The notes under the pieces: model-generated
Seen by the model: the letters and a program-made list of their open reading frames with translations, nothing else
The model's database searches: none
What the model was told of the DNA's origin: nothing
Origin: Catajapyx aquilonaris
Taxonomy: Eukaryota
NCBI GenBank assembly: GCA_000934665.2
Contig: KZ538647.1
Coordinates: 1-56,305, forward strand
Direction of reading: 5' to 3'
DNA: 56,305 nt
In this document: positions 1-12,036 of the stretch, piece by piece
Layout of the letters: every line of letters begins with the position of its first letter
How positions within the stretch are numbered: position 1 is the stretch's first letter
Made by a program: the position numbers and the translations under genes

Positions 1-1572
1 ATGACCTCGCCCCCTGCCAGTGCCCTCAGGCTGAAGGTGGCCAGTCGGATGGAGGAAGGCGGACAGTTGAAGGTGGAGACTGTCTGCTTCTTCTGCGCAG
101 AGGGGGGTCAACCGAAGGTCATCGATCTCGGCGGGGTGCGCCGCAAAGAGAATTCGACTGTAGGTAGCCTCTTCAGAAACTACGACGTGAAAAAGATGAA
201 CAAGAAACCATTTGTGATTGGGATGTACGTGGGGCCAGCTGACATGGAAGACGTTCGAAGGAGGAGAAAAGAATCGGGAGAAGTTTACCTTAAACTTTTC
301 GAACGAATTTACATCGTGTGCGAGGAAGGGACCAACTTATTCATTTCTGAGATTTACGTGAAGGAGCCTACCAGTGCTGATATGGACCACAGGTTGGACA
401 ACGGCACTTGGGTTGGGCTGACACCTGATCTGTTGTCTGGACGGATCGATGGAATAGGCGGATTTCCTTGCACGGTGGACGCATATCGACACACCCTCAT
501 CACTCATCCCTTCTTATACGTACACGCGACATTCCTGACCAGAAGACCCGGAGGAGTGGTCAGCTGGAGGGTGATCTACAGGCCCTACGTCCTCCCCTTC
601 TGGGTGACCTTGGGGGTCACCCTGGCCCTCCTCCCCATCGCGATGGGCAGACTCTCCCGCTGCGACCCATCTCGAGGGAGGTCAGAGGTCGAAGGGCAGC
701 GACTGACCCTGCTGGGATCCCTCCACGTCCTGGCCAGACACCTGATAGAACAGCCCGTTCCCTTCCCCTCATCCCGCCGCTTTCTCTTCCTGGCCTCGTC
801 CTTCCTCTTCTTCTCCACCGTGGTCATCACTGGCTACAAGGCCAAGATGGTCTCCTTCCTTACCTTCCCCCCGAGGGAGTTTGTCCCGAGGAACTGGAGG
901 GAACTGGAGGAATCGGATTGGACCATCGAAGCTGACATGATCAGTTTTCTTCTCTGGAAGAAATTCCTCTCCTTCGTCGATGATCCTTTCTACCACTCCA
1001 TTGATGCGAAGTTGTCCATGGGGGACAGTATCCGGAGTTGCCTGCAGAAGATGCAAAGAAAGCAAATTGTCTGCGCTGGTGCGGACCTGTTCTTGGATCA
1101 GGAGATTTACCTCTTTCGCGGCACTTCTGGGCAGCCAACATTCCGTTACTCCGATGACCACATATTTCCGAGTTACAGTGGGTCGAGTTACCCCCGGGGC
1201 CAAACCATGGCGTATCACATCGGATCCAAAGTCGATAGATTTTTGAATGAAAATGATATGATATCAGTGATCTTGCGTGACTACATGTACCTGATGTTCC
1301 TCCGTTCCTTGGACCGAATCCGGGCCAGGGAGAGGGCCAACCCCCAAAAGGCAGAGGAAGTGTTGACCAGGACAAAGCTCTCCGCCATCTTCAACATGTG
1401 GTTGGTGGGACTGGCTGTTGCTCTGGGTGCATTTGCAATGGAAATCTTCACTCGCAAGTGTGGTGCGAAAGTGAAGAGCCTGAGAGCGAGAAGACCAGTC
1501 AACCTCTGCACCTCACCTTTACAAGAAGTCAAAGAAAGACCCTTAACCGGACAATATCCCTTTTTGCGTTGA
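1..1572 (+). CDS. Divergent ionotropic receptor (IR, iGluR-related chemoreceptor); intronless ORF of 523 aa, N-terminus possibly incomplete
   Basis: S1-like NGTWVGLTPDLLSGRID and THPFLYVHATFLTRRP; M1 (RPYVLPFWVTLGVTLALLPIAM); re-entrant pore segment ending LIEQP; M3 with a degenerate SYTANL motif (GYKAKMVSFLTFP) followed by PRNWREL; S2 region; terminal TM (LSAIFNMWLVGLAVALGAFAMEIF). No signal peptide is visible and the ORF begins at base 1. Confidence 0.88.
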   Translation: MTSPPASALRLKVASRMEEGGQLKVETVCFFCAEGGQPKVIDLGGVRRKENSTVGSLFRNYDVKKMNKKPFVIGMYVGPADMEDVRRRRKESGEVYLKLFERIYIVCEEGTNLFISEIYVKEPTSADMDHRLDNGTWVGLTPDLLSGRIDGIGGFPCTVDAYRHTLITHPFLYVHATFLTRRPGGVVSWRVIYRPYVLPFWVTLGVTLALLPIAMGRLSRCDPSRGRSEVEGQRLTLLGSLHVLARHLIEQPVPFPSSRRFLFLASSFLFFSTVVITGYKAKMVSFLTFPPREFVPRNWRELEESDWTIEADMISFLLWKKFLSFVDDPFYHSIDAKLSMGDSIRSCLQKMQRKQIVCAGADLFLDQEIYLFRGTSGQPTFRYSDDHIFPSYSGSSYPRGQTMAYHIGSKVDRFLNENDMISVILRDYMYLMFLRSLDRIRARERANPQKAEEVLTRTKLSAIFNMWLVGLAVALGAFAMEIFTRKCGAKVKSLRARRPVNLCTSPLQEVKERPLTGQYPFLR

Positions 1573-2043
1573 TGACTCTTATGATCGTATCTCGCCTTCC
1601 CCGTCATGAATGAAGCCACGTTCGGCGATATGTTGGGGTGACACTCCGTTCCAAATGGCGTTGATGTGCCTAGCCTACAAGCAAACACCATCCCTCGCAT
1701 AACATCATCCGACTGAGACTGCGGACAGAAATGAACAAATCAGTGTAAGTAGAGCACCTCATCAGCCCTCGTCCCTATATGATCAGTAGAGTCCGGATTT
1801 TTAGGCAAATGCCTATTTAGTTCCTTAACATTTGCGATGGTTTTGTGAAGAGATCCATCCGTTATCCTATATCTGAAAGCGTTTTCGGTTTTTTTTTGCG
1901 GAGTATTTTTTGTGTTCCTGAAAGGACCAAATCCGTTCAGAAGTAAAACGAATCATGTTTCCATTACGCGTATGCTAGAGTTTTCTCAAATTTCCTCTGA
2001 TTGTTGCAAACAGAGGAAAATTTAGAAAAGTATTTGGCAACAT

Positions 2044-2082
2044 AGTTTCCACTTGCACAATATTATTGTGCAAGTGGAAACT
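2044..2082. repeat. Perfect 39-bp palindrome (19-bp arms, 1-nt centre)
   Basis: agtttccacttgcacaata-t-tattgtgcaagtggaaact. Confidence 0.9.
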
Positions 2083-2334
2083 GGCTGTAAGTGTAGTAGA
2101 GGCAAGAACAAGTGATACTTTACTTGCACGTCGTGTCTTTAGCCCAAGTTTCGTGATTTCCTGTCAGTTTATCAGTTATTGTTATTTGGTTTTCGTTATG
2201 GTTTGCAACCTTATAGTATTTTATACTATAGGCCCATAAAATTATTCTAGATTTTAATCATTCGTGACATTATCCTCACACGCCCGAAGAAATAAAAGTT
2301 TTGTCCCTGTTTCATGCATATTTCGGGGTTTTTT

Positions 2335-3050
2335 CGTCCCTAAAATATCCGGACAAATAACACTGTTCAACAAAATAACACTATTTTCTATTTTCTGAAG
2401 ATGTGAATAGTGATTCCTATTGTCATTTCTGCGCTGAATCCGGATATCTGATCGGAAGGTTTCTGTCAGGCACAGATTTTGAGATATATCGTTTTAAAGT
2501 TTGGGACGCTTTACTAGGGGACTTTCCGAATGAAGTGGGTCTAACTGTTGCTAGACCGTCTCGAATCTTGGTGAAAATAATCACAGATGCAGTGACCTAT
2601 TCCTCAATGCTGCTTATAAAGTTTCGGTCATATTGCGAAATACCATGACGAGGAAATAAATTGCAAAAATCTGGAAATGGCTGAAAATCAGGCCTCTTTT
2701 GGAGATTTTTTTTCGTTTAGTGGAAGTAGTCAAAAGCCAATGAACATTTATTATACTGTATATTTTTTCAGTAGGGTCTCGCCTTAAGGAATAGGTGAGT
2801 ACAACTGTGATTATTTTCACCAAGATCCAAGACGGTCTAGCAACATTTAGGCCCCACTTAATTCGGAAAGTCCCCCAGTATAAAACCTGTCCAAACATTA
2901 CAACGATATATCTCAAGAGGTGTTATCACAGCACGGTTATAATATTACAGATTTGGAATCAGCGGCGAAAATACGTATTGAAACACATATCATAACCCGA
3001 GATATATTTTCCTTGTCGAACAGTGTAATTAGACCAGGATTATTTCACGG
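2335..3050. mobile_element. Degenerate foldback/MITE with ~270-bp inverted arms (ends approximate)
   Basis: ggggactttccgaatgaagtggg...tgttgctagaccgtctcgaatcttggtgaaaataatcacag (~2517-2586) is the reverse complement of ~2806-2875; outer acactgttcaacaa pairs with ttgtcgaacagtgt. Confidence 0.75.
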
Positions 3051-4891
3051 AATGGAAGGGAAGGATAGTGCATTACTCGTGTTTATGACGTCGGTGTTTA
3101 AGGAGAGTGAGACATGATCCATGGACACTATCATTGTTCATGTCGTAAATAATAAATCCTCATTTAAAAATTCCTAATGACCGTGTTACAAAGACACGGT
3201 AAGATGTGTGATGGCATTTGGACCACAAGGACACTATTATAAATACGGATGTTCCTCACATTGTGTGTTTTCAGTGGTTAACTCTCAGTCCCTGTCTGCT
3301 AATATTTTGTGTCGGTGCATTTTCACTTGTGTCCTCATGACTCTGGCTGTCTTGCCTAGGATCACCACTCACAGTGACAGGTGTTTCTCACCTGGGTCAT
3401 CCCTTCACAACATGGCTTGTCACTGTCATTGTTGCACTTCTCTGGGATGCAAAACGCAAGTGAATAAGAGCGTTCGCGTTGCGCTTATTGCGATAAGATG
3501 TCCTTTGTCCTCTGCAAAATAAAAAAACATCCGCAAAGGAAGTAATATCAAATATTAAATGAAAAATATACTTTTGCCCATTTACTTATGATTATGGTTG
3601 CACAAAAATGGAGCCCAGTTGCATCGCTGCAATTAGTGTCAGCAATGAGGCTGAAGCAGGATGTTAGTAAAAGGCGATTTAATTGTCTTGCAATTTTTCA
3701 CAGTCAATTGCAATACGGGCACTGATTCAATTCTCCTCCACATTGTCAATATTATACGTACACGTAATGTGCAATGCACTGTAGTACAACAATACATGAA
3801 ATCGCCCCTTTTCAATCCCGAAATCCTGTCCTCAATGTGTGGGTGCACCAGCAAACTGTTTCATTGCCGCACCTTTTACAGAAAGCACAGTTCATTCGTC
3901 TTGTTTGTAGTAACTTATGTTCAGTAATAGTAACTTAATACAAGCCAAATCATTTCTGTTCGAAAAGTAATTCAGATGCACGTGTGACACCCTCCGACCC
4001 AAATGCCCATCCACCGAGTCTCATGTTTGGCATGCAGAACATGGGCATTGGAGATGTACAATAGTGAATATTGTCACCAATAAATCAGGGACGAAAACAT
4101 TTGTTTTATTCATAAACCCCTGTCAATTTTGGAGTTCACAGGGCGACTCTGGAGAAGGATGCCGGAACCTTGACAACGTCGCAAACGTCAGCCATTTTGT
4201 TCTCCCCAAGAGTAGCTTTGGAAATAAGTACATCGCAATACACCCACTATAGCCTACGGAGAGCTTACCAGCTATCATTGTTAATGCCAACCGTGCATGC
4301 TGCGCGAACTGCGGTGCGCTCTAAGTTGCTCTCTTAAAAAATCATCTATAAAATGGCTGCGCTACATGTAACGCCTGGCTAGACCTTGTCTCCACACACT
4401 TTTCTTCCATAATGCGACCTCCTCTCTGGCGACTCCCCGATGAATAAACCATGAGCACTAGTTCCCCTTGCCTCCTTCTTCTGCCTCCTTCAAAATTCAT
4501 ACTTTCCTTGCCGCCCATGCCTATCTCTCATAATGGCTTGGATTAACCGCGTAATTGAACGCGCCCGACCGGAAACTGCTCTCTTGGCCCCCACCCTTCT
4601 TCATCATCCCACTTCCACGTCTAAAACCTTCTTTCCACCACCCATTTTCTGCCTCTTACCTTCTCAGGACGGGGTGTGTCTGCAGAGAGCAATATTCCCT
4701 CCTATATCCTCATCTCTCAAGTACAGGATTAAGAACGTGGGGGCCAAGGGATATGCAGCCTGGACTGGAATTATTATCATACATAGAATTGGATAGGGGT
4801 GACTCTGTCCCTACATTGACTCATCACCTAGGGGCATGCAGTTACCATAGTTGCCACGTGGAGTGCAGCCATCTGGTTGTGGCATATCGTA

Positions 4892-5118
4892 CAATGCCGG
4901 ACAAAATTGCATTCCCTGAATGTAACCTGGCAACGCCGCCTGGAGGAGGAGGGCGCATTCAAGCATCAGTACGTGATGCGCGCTTTACCGCTCTTGCGAT
5001 TGTTGCCACCGTTTCCAGTAGCAACAATGGCAAGAACACTGCAAGCGCCCAGGGAACATCCACCCTCCCCGACACTGACAAGAAACCCATTTAGGAAATC
5101 CAATTTTGTCCGGCAGTG
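4892..5118. mobile_element. Tc1/mariner-like MITE
   Basis: TIRs caatgccggacaaaattgcattcc / ggaaatccaattttgtccggcagtg; TA on the left flank. Confidence 0.6.
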
Positions 5119-5653
5119 TCCAAGTGTGGGGCGGGCTGGGCAGTGTTGCCAAATTTTAGCAGCAGGTTTACTCGTAAAATAAATCGTCTAAATAGAGACT
5201 ATTTAGACCACTGCTCCCTGACCACTACTATTGTAACTCGCAGCTCGCTTCCACACATTTCCTGCTGGCTGTTTGGCTATTAGGACAAGTGAATTAATGA
5301 GGATGTGATACAAATGAGAAAACAAACACTGTATCGATCCTTCACTTTGTAAAGATAAAGATGATTAGGCTTTTTTCGTCCTGAACTCTTTTTTTTTGTG
5401 GCTTTTCCGTCCATCTATCCTCTTGTTTTTTTTTTCCACACCTCTCCGCAATCCATAACAATCCGAATAGTAATCGACCCATAAATATTCATTCAATTTG
5501 CCCCCTCATTAATTAGGACGACGCCGACGACGTCAACAACAGGCAAGATTTACGGCCTCGCGTTCTCTCACAAATCACTGTTGCTATATCAATTTCATAT
5601 TTTTTGTTAAAAAATACTAGCGCTTGTGATTTCAGGTCAGGGACACATTATAA

Positions 5654-5946
5654 TAGGAATTTTTTATGAGCGCAACCGAGTGCTCAACAGAGTTCGCGCA
5701 AGTTGTTTCCAACACTACCCTCGAGGGGGTAGCAGAATGCCACACGTTTGCCACGTTGCCAAGGCTCTGGAGCGAACCTTAGAGGCTACCCAAAGAGTTC
5801 TGCTATACAATATATTATAGCAGAACTCTTTGAGGCTACCTGTGTGAATTTGGCCCCCTGATGAGTAACTCTGGCAACGTTGTAGGAACAATGGATCTGC
5901 GCGAGTGTGGGTGCGCACTCGGTTGCGCTCGTAAAAAATCATCTAT
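5654..5946. mobile_element. MITE family B copy carrying an internal 42-bp insertion
   Basis: TIRs ttttttatgagcgcaaccgagtgc / gcactcggttgcgctcgtaaaaaa; related copies at ~12037, ~20290 and ~20892, with partial ones at ~4190, ~11560, ~11770 and ~39300. Confidence 0.8.
5791..5832. mobile_element. Micro-element or P-type excision footprint: 17-bp TIR + 8-nt filler + 17-bp TIR, 8-bp TSD
   Basis: aggctacc|CAAAGAGTTCTGCTATA caatatat TATAGCAGAACTCTTTG|aggctacc. Confidence 0.8.
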
Positions 5947-8489
5947 AGTACCTTGAGATTTTTTTTTGGTACTGACGGTGAGCAGGTTATACGTTTTCAT
6001 TTATTATGCGTATACGTATAAGAGTGATTGTATGCGCGATGAGTTTGCAGTTATATAGGGTGTGGTCTGGCTTTTTAGTCCCAAATTCTCCGTGGCAGAA
6101 AAGGCGTTTTGTTGGAGAGAAATTACCATTGAAATGATATTCCAACGTAGAGGGGGGGCTTTTCCTCGGGTGCTCTGTCCGACATCACGCTTTTGCTGCA
6201 ACCGCCAAGGATTATGGAAATTATGTCGCCGCAAGGAGGACCGGGACAGGAAAAGGGGAGAGAGGGAGGCGTCGTGGGCGTCGTCGTCGGTCGGTGGGGC
6301 GTCGGGAAAATACTGCGGTTTCTCAGCAGGATTGATGGTTGAAACCAACCAAAAAAATTATTTATAGCCGACATTTCCGCACGGTTCCGGACCGGGTCCA
6401 TTGCAAAGTGAGCCTGGTTCGCTTGCTCCATAAAATGTCAACAAATGACTCAAATTAATCAGTGGATGAATAATAAGATGTGTGTAGCATGGAACAGTAA
6501 TCCGAGCATCCCTCGTATAGGAACATGGCAAGACTTACCGAATGTCATTGCTTTTTTTTAAAGAAAAAAAGGAAGCGAGAAAGGACAGAAAAACGGAGAA
6601 AGTATTTTTTTTGCAGTGTGTGTGTCCCCCTGAGCGTGATGTGAAAGTGGGCGATAACTCATTTCCATGGAAATTGCTTTTTTGCACACTCCCTTGGCCC
6701 AGCGGAGAAGGAAGGAGGAATTTCGCCAATTGCATTTTCTGCGGCCGAAACCAAGACTTTTTCCTTTCTTTTCTTTTTCTCCAGCTTCTAACCTCTGCAT
6801 CACATCCTCCATTTTTTGGACACCCCTCCACTCTCTTCTCCTTCCTTCCTTCCAACATTATTGGAATGCTCTTCAAACGACAACTCGATTGGAGGGAAAG
6901 AATTGGCCGCCATTTATCCGACACTAACTCGACCTTATATTCTCAGGTCGTCGGAGCCCGGAATTAACTGGAGAAGATTGGTGTAAATTCTTTCTCCGCT
7001 GTCCACAGTTTCTTTACGTGCTGATGATATATGAGGCTTCGTAACTGAATCAGCGCAATTGGCCCTACAGAGAGCTGACACAATGTGCGAATAAACTCAA
7101 ATACTTTTAGCTGTTTTTGGAGCAGTTTTGCATATACAGCAAACAAATTGCATAGGCGTCATACATATACAATGCCAATATTTGCTAAATCTAATTTTTC
7201 AGCCCGCTGTGCAAAATACGATTTGTCTGGAAACAAATCGTCACACTTTGCTGCATACAGTCATGCATCAGTGTGCAAATCACCTGCTAATAAGTCTGGG
7301 AGCTGGAAATCTTATTAACAAAAACGTCTGCGCAAAAACCATTTCCATTCGTCGTCGGCAAAATTCGTTTCGTTTGGAGTCGACACGTTTTGTCATCAGC
7401 TTTCGCAGCAGTTGCTTATTTCCAACACCCACTTTTTGACAGTACATTTCGCAATATTGGCCCTCCTTTTTTTTGTGCAGGTTGCATAACCCTAAAAAAG
7501 ACAGCTCCGTTTGTGTCTTGGACCAAACAAGATAGTCGCTCGAGGGGGATGGGATGGCCTCTCCCACGACGCCCTAGACGCCCTAGACGCCTCATTTCCG
7601 ATGCATCCTCCGGCACTGCTTGCTTGGTTGAATTTCCAAGCCAGTTCACCTCCTCATTGCCTCCTCTTCACGATTTATTTACCTGCTCTTCTTCCCCTCA
7701 CTTAACTCCAACTCACCCAGTCAATACCTTACAGCTGGTGCCATCTCTAAAGGACAATGGACTGGAGAAAATGGAGCCGAATTTTGCTGAATGTCACCTG
7801 CACATCATCTCTGCAGGTATCAGTTTTTGTGGCTGACCAAACTTTTTTTTTCACCCCAAAAAATTTGTTTTCGCCGCCCGACATGTGTGCACACACTCGG
7901 ATCTACAAAACCTCAGTACGAGTGTTGTGGACGTGAAAATGATTCCTGTCGCGTATCACGTATTCCAAACGTGTTTGCCCTAGTTATTTCGGTCCTTTTT
8001 GCAGAGACCGCCCTCCCCTCCCCCCCAAAAAAATCCGCTCATCGCCCCATTCTCTGGTCATAGATGAATGCCGCCGATTTTTGTGTTGTTTTTTCTGTCG
8101 CCGTCGAAAAGAGATGATATTCGAGCCCGATCCGTGTCAACATCGAGGCTGCATTGCGATATTTTATTATTGATCACACAGCCATAGTGCCGCATCATAC
8201 CGTCAAAAAATGCTGTCCTTTTTCACCATTTTATGCGCAAAACACGGACGAATGAAAAATAATATTTTAAGAGATCTTTCGCATTTAAGTGCGACTTTCC
8301 TTACGTTTTTTGACCTAGTTTTATATCGACTGGAAAGATGTAGGTTGGGCGGAACTTTGGCCCCCATTTTAGATTGATGCGAGGAGCCAATCATCCGGAA
8401 ATTGCGTATAGCCTGAACCCTGGGCAAAGTGTTGTTTGATCCACACGCTCGATGTGGGAGGCAGTAATTCTCGTGGGGGTTGAAGCCAA

Positions 8490-8580
8490 GATAAGAGCTG
8501 CGTTCCATTCCGGGCCCACTGAACAAAAAGGGAGGGGGAATTCCCGACAGGAATGGCCTGAAGCGACACACACACACACA
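8490..8580. repeat. Dispersed repeat family F (also ~41495-41630 inverted and ~51995-52150)
   Basis: Shared tgcgttccattcc...acaaaa..gagggggaattcccg...aggaatggcc. Confidence 0.6.
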
Positions 8581-9011
8581 TGGACGCAAAAAAAAAAAGG
8601 AGAGAGAGCGCTTTCATCTAGGATCAGCTCCCCCCCAAAAAGGCAGAGGTCCCCCAACACATACCGCTGAATTGGCCAGGACCATGTTTGGATTTGCTCG
8701 CTTCGCCAAAAAAAAACCGAGAGTGTGTCGGCGGAATCAGGGCTTCTCAACTATTTACTCGTCAATATGCATCAGATCATGGTGTGCTGGAGCATGATCA
8801 TGCCCGGATTATTTGCATTCAACTCTTCGTACTTGTTTGTCTCACGCACTCTAAGCTCTGAGACGGATCAGCCTGTATGCAAATAGGCTGGCAAAGTATC
8901 GCAAAATAAACATGGCAAATTTAACTACATTGCTCGATTTTCGGACTTTCTCACTTCTCATTATATCTCAATGTGATACGGGAATCAAAGTACTATCGGG
9001 TTCAAATACTT

Positions 9012-9119
9012 TTGGCCTCTTTATCCTGGTCTTGAAGCAACCCTTCGCACAGGCCCCAGGTTGATCAGGTGTGTGCGTATGTGTGAAGGGTTGCTTCAAG
9101 ATCAGGATAAAGTGACCAA
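9012..9119. repeat. Inverted repeat / small MITE
   Basis: tttatcctggtcttgaagcaacccttcgcaca ... tgtgtgaagggttgcttcaagatcaggataaa. Confidence 0.7.
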
Positions 9120-9640
9120 TAGTACCTTTTAGGATATTAATTTAGTACCTTGCATTTGAATGAATGAGGTCGTGACTGTGGGAGAGGTTTGCTTGATTAC
9201 GACCAACAAAATCTAGCACGAATTATGCCAAAATCATAATATCCTGAAAGGTACTCTAATATTCCATCAGAGTACCTTTCAGGATATTATTATTTTGGTA
9301 TGCCTTCCTTTTTGAACGAATGAGGTCGCGTGGAGAAATTTGCACGATTATGATACCCCTATAATAATAGCCTTATTTTTTCCGTCTCCGGAACGCTCTA
9401 GATGTGGCGGCCTGAAGAATTAGTGCCGTGACCAAAAGGTGGCAGCACTCCCTTGGCGTCCTGATGAATTAGTGCCAAGGGAGTGCTGCCACCTTTTGGT
9501 CACGGCACTAAAAGGTTTTCATAAAAAATGTTTTGCCCGAAAAGGTTTTGCCAAATTTTGGCTACGGATGCGCTAGTAATATTATAATCGTGCAAACTTC
9601 TCCGGATGATCGCATTCGTTCAAAAGTATGGTATTAAATG
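9120..9640. mobile_element. Two adjacent degenerate MITEs sharing the terminus agtacctttcaggatat (right end approximate)
   Basis: agtaccttt(t/c)aggatatt at 9121 and 9272; atatcctgaaaggtactct at 9239-9257; internal ttgaacgaatg...ggagaaatttgcacgattat is mirrored at ~9584-9626. Confidence 0.55.
9421..9510. repeat. Perfect hairpin with 37-bp arms and a 16-nt loop
   Basis: tagtgccgtgaccaaaaggtggcagcactcccttggc (9421-9457) and its exact reverse complement (9474-9510). Confidence 0.92.
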
Positions 9641-11859
9641 TCCAGATTTTAAGGAACGGTCGTGCTAGATTATTTTTTTGCTCCAATTGTTATGAAACAA
9701 CCTGCACACTTTCAATAAGCTTGTAACGAGAGTACATTTTTAAAAATGAATATTGCGCCAATGCGGAGTATTAATAATAATAATGCGGCAGATGGGAATC
9801 CACATCCCGCAATTTGGCGTGCAGTACACCGCGCAATTTCTGATTGCTTAACACCGTGTGCGTCAATACAGAGTGGAATGTTGCCTATCCTGATCCGGTA
9901 TGTCCGAAGAAAAACGAGCGCAATGAATTTTGGTGAAGCGAGAAGCAAATGAGCAGTATAACGAGAGGCTCATCTCCCCTTAACTCCATCCGCGGTCCTA
10001 ATTTCGGAGGTTTTTGGGGGGAAGGTGAAGGAACCCAAAGTCGTCTCTCTCTCTGGCAGAGAAATTGAACCAACGAGGCCCCGACATCAATCAAACCCTG
10101 GCAATAACTCCTAACGACTGACACCATTTTGAGAGTAGTTTTTTGGGACCAATATAAATTGCGTTTAACATCCTGCCCATGGTTAGAGTTGTGGCTTTGG
10201 TGAGCGACAGGGTTATCATTGCTGCGGGCAGAATTAGCCAAAAAAAATGAGAGAGGAAGGGTTTAAATTTCAATCAGTTTGATGAGAAATGGTTTTAGTG
10301 GGTCGCGAGGAATATAGAGGCAGTCTTAATAACAATGGGAGCGGCACTAATTAAATGAAAACTTGCAGGGAGGAAATTCCGGGAGACTTGGACTAACTTT
10401 TGGGAAATAAGAGACGGTCCCTCTTGGCCAATTAGTTTAGCGAGACGACCAAGTTATCAGTCCTTTGATATAGTGTGGGGAAAGAGACGGAGATGGTGAA
10501 GAAATACACGGGTTGTGCAGTGTAATGTGCTGGGTACTATCGCCGACAAAATGTACCGAGTCCCGACTCTTATTTTTTTTACATGTATAGACTGTCGGCT
10601 TGCAAATATCTTTTTTCCCCGGGAGAAGCGCATTTTCTTTCCGAAAATTAGATGCGATTTGGCCAAATCCGACCAGACTAAACTTTTGGTTATGCCCATA
10701 ACTTGTCTGGCCGTAGCAGCTTAGTGGCTTTAAAAATTATGGCGGAATATACTATCCCACGAAATTACTGCAGTAGAAAAGTTGGCCCAAATCGCCCCCG
10801 AATTTATTTGATCGCAATTTTTTTTGCCAATTGCGCCGTATAATGGGCATTTCCGGTTTATACGAACATTTCCATTTAAATGAACTCGAAAAAGGATCAT
10901 ATTCGGACGCTAATTTGAGCGCAAATTGTTCCCGATGATGTTACATTAAAAGTGAAACTCAATTTTCTACTACTTACACCTGTATCGCGGATATGCGCAT
11001 TTAAAAGTCAATTTTTTGTTCTGTTGAACTTGTAGGTACGGCCATTATTAGCATACGATTGCAATCGTTCGACCTTGATTCGAGCCCCGCATAAATTGGT
11101 TGCCGCCCCGATTTCATACCGACAATTTGCAATAGTTAAATACATCCAGTTGGCAGAGTGGTTGCCTTAACGCAGGCTAATTCTGTCCAATCGGATTAAC
11201 CCCCCTCTGGACATGACTAATGCGCTAATTATCCGGCGCGTGCTTGTTTGAAAACGAATTGGCGACGTCGCCCCCCTCCCCCATCCAAAATCGCAACATT
11301 CACCAGCAGCCAGCAGCCAAAGCTCCAATCTCAACAAAGGAATCCAAACATCCAGCCTCTGATATCGCTGGCATTGCAATCACTTACCGCAACATTATTA
11401 CCCCAATTGATTACGGACACTCGCTCTCCCATTGGCTGTCCAGGCTGCAACGACTTTATTTTCTAAATGAGCCAGTTAGGTTAACTATACAGTATACAGA
11501 TGAATATTTTAATCAGCACCGCAGGTCGATTATTCAGACAACAACGTTGCCAGGTTAGTTTCAGAGCCTCGGCAACGCCGTCTTAAAAGTAAGCCATTTT
11601 GTTGCCCCCCCCCCCCCCCAAGCGTATAGCGTTAGAAATAAGTGCTGCGCAGTACACTCGCTATACAGAGATTACGAGCGATCATTGATAATTCCTACCG
11701 TGAGCTCTGCGCAAACTGTGGTAGGCATACATACTGAGGTTTTTCGTTAAAAATGCAGCTATAGTTACGTTTGTAACGGCCATTTTGTTTCCTTCCAAAC
11801 GTAGCGTTGGAAATAAGTGCAGCGCCATACACTCGATATACCAGCTGTCATTGATAGTA

Positions 11860-12021
11860 CAGTACTGGCTAATAATCGAGGCAACAACTAGCGACATTTT
11901 CCCGAAGCGGCAGAAGAAGGAATCGAAGATAAGCATGCTACAAGCCGGGCGAGCAAGATTCCTTCTTCTGCCGCTTCGGGAAAATGTCGCTAGTCGTTGC
12001 CTCGATTATTGGCCAGTACTG
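11860..12021. mobile_element. Tc1/mariner (pogo/Tigger-like ends) MITE with TA TSD
   Basis: ta|CAGTACTGGCTAATAATCGAGGCAAC...GTTGCCTCGATTATTGGCCAGTACTG|ta; ~65-bp near-perfect arms. Confidence 0.85.
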
Positions 12022-12036
12022 TAAATCCATCTCCGC

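Noticed and set aside
468..1700. Alternative-frame and antisense ORFs over the IR gene
   Set aside because: Shadow ORFs of a GC-rich coding region with no recognisable motifs.
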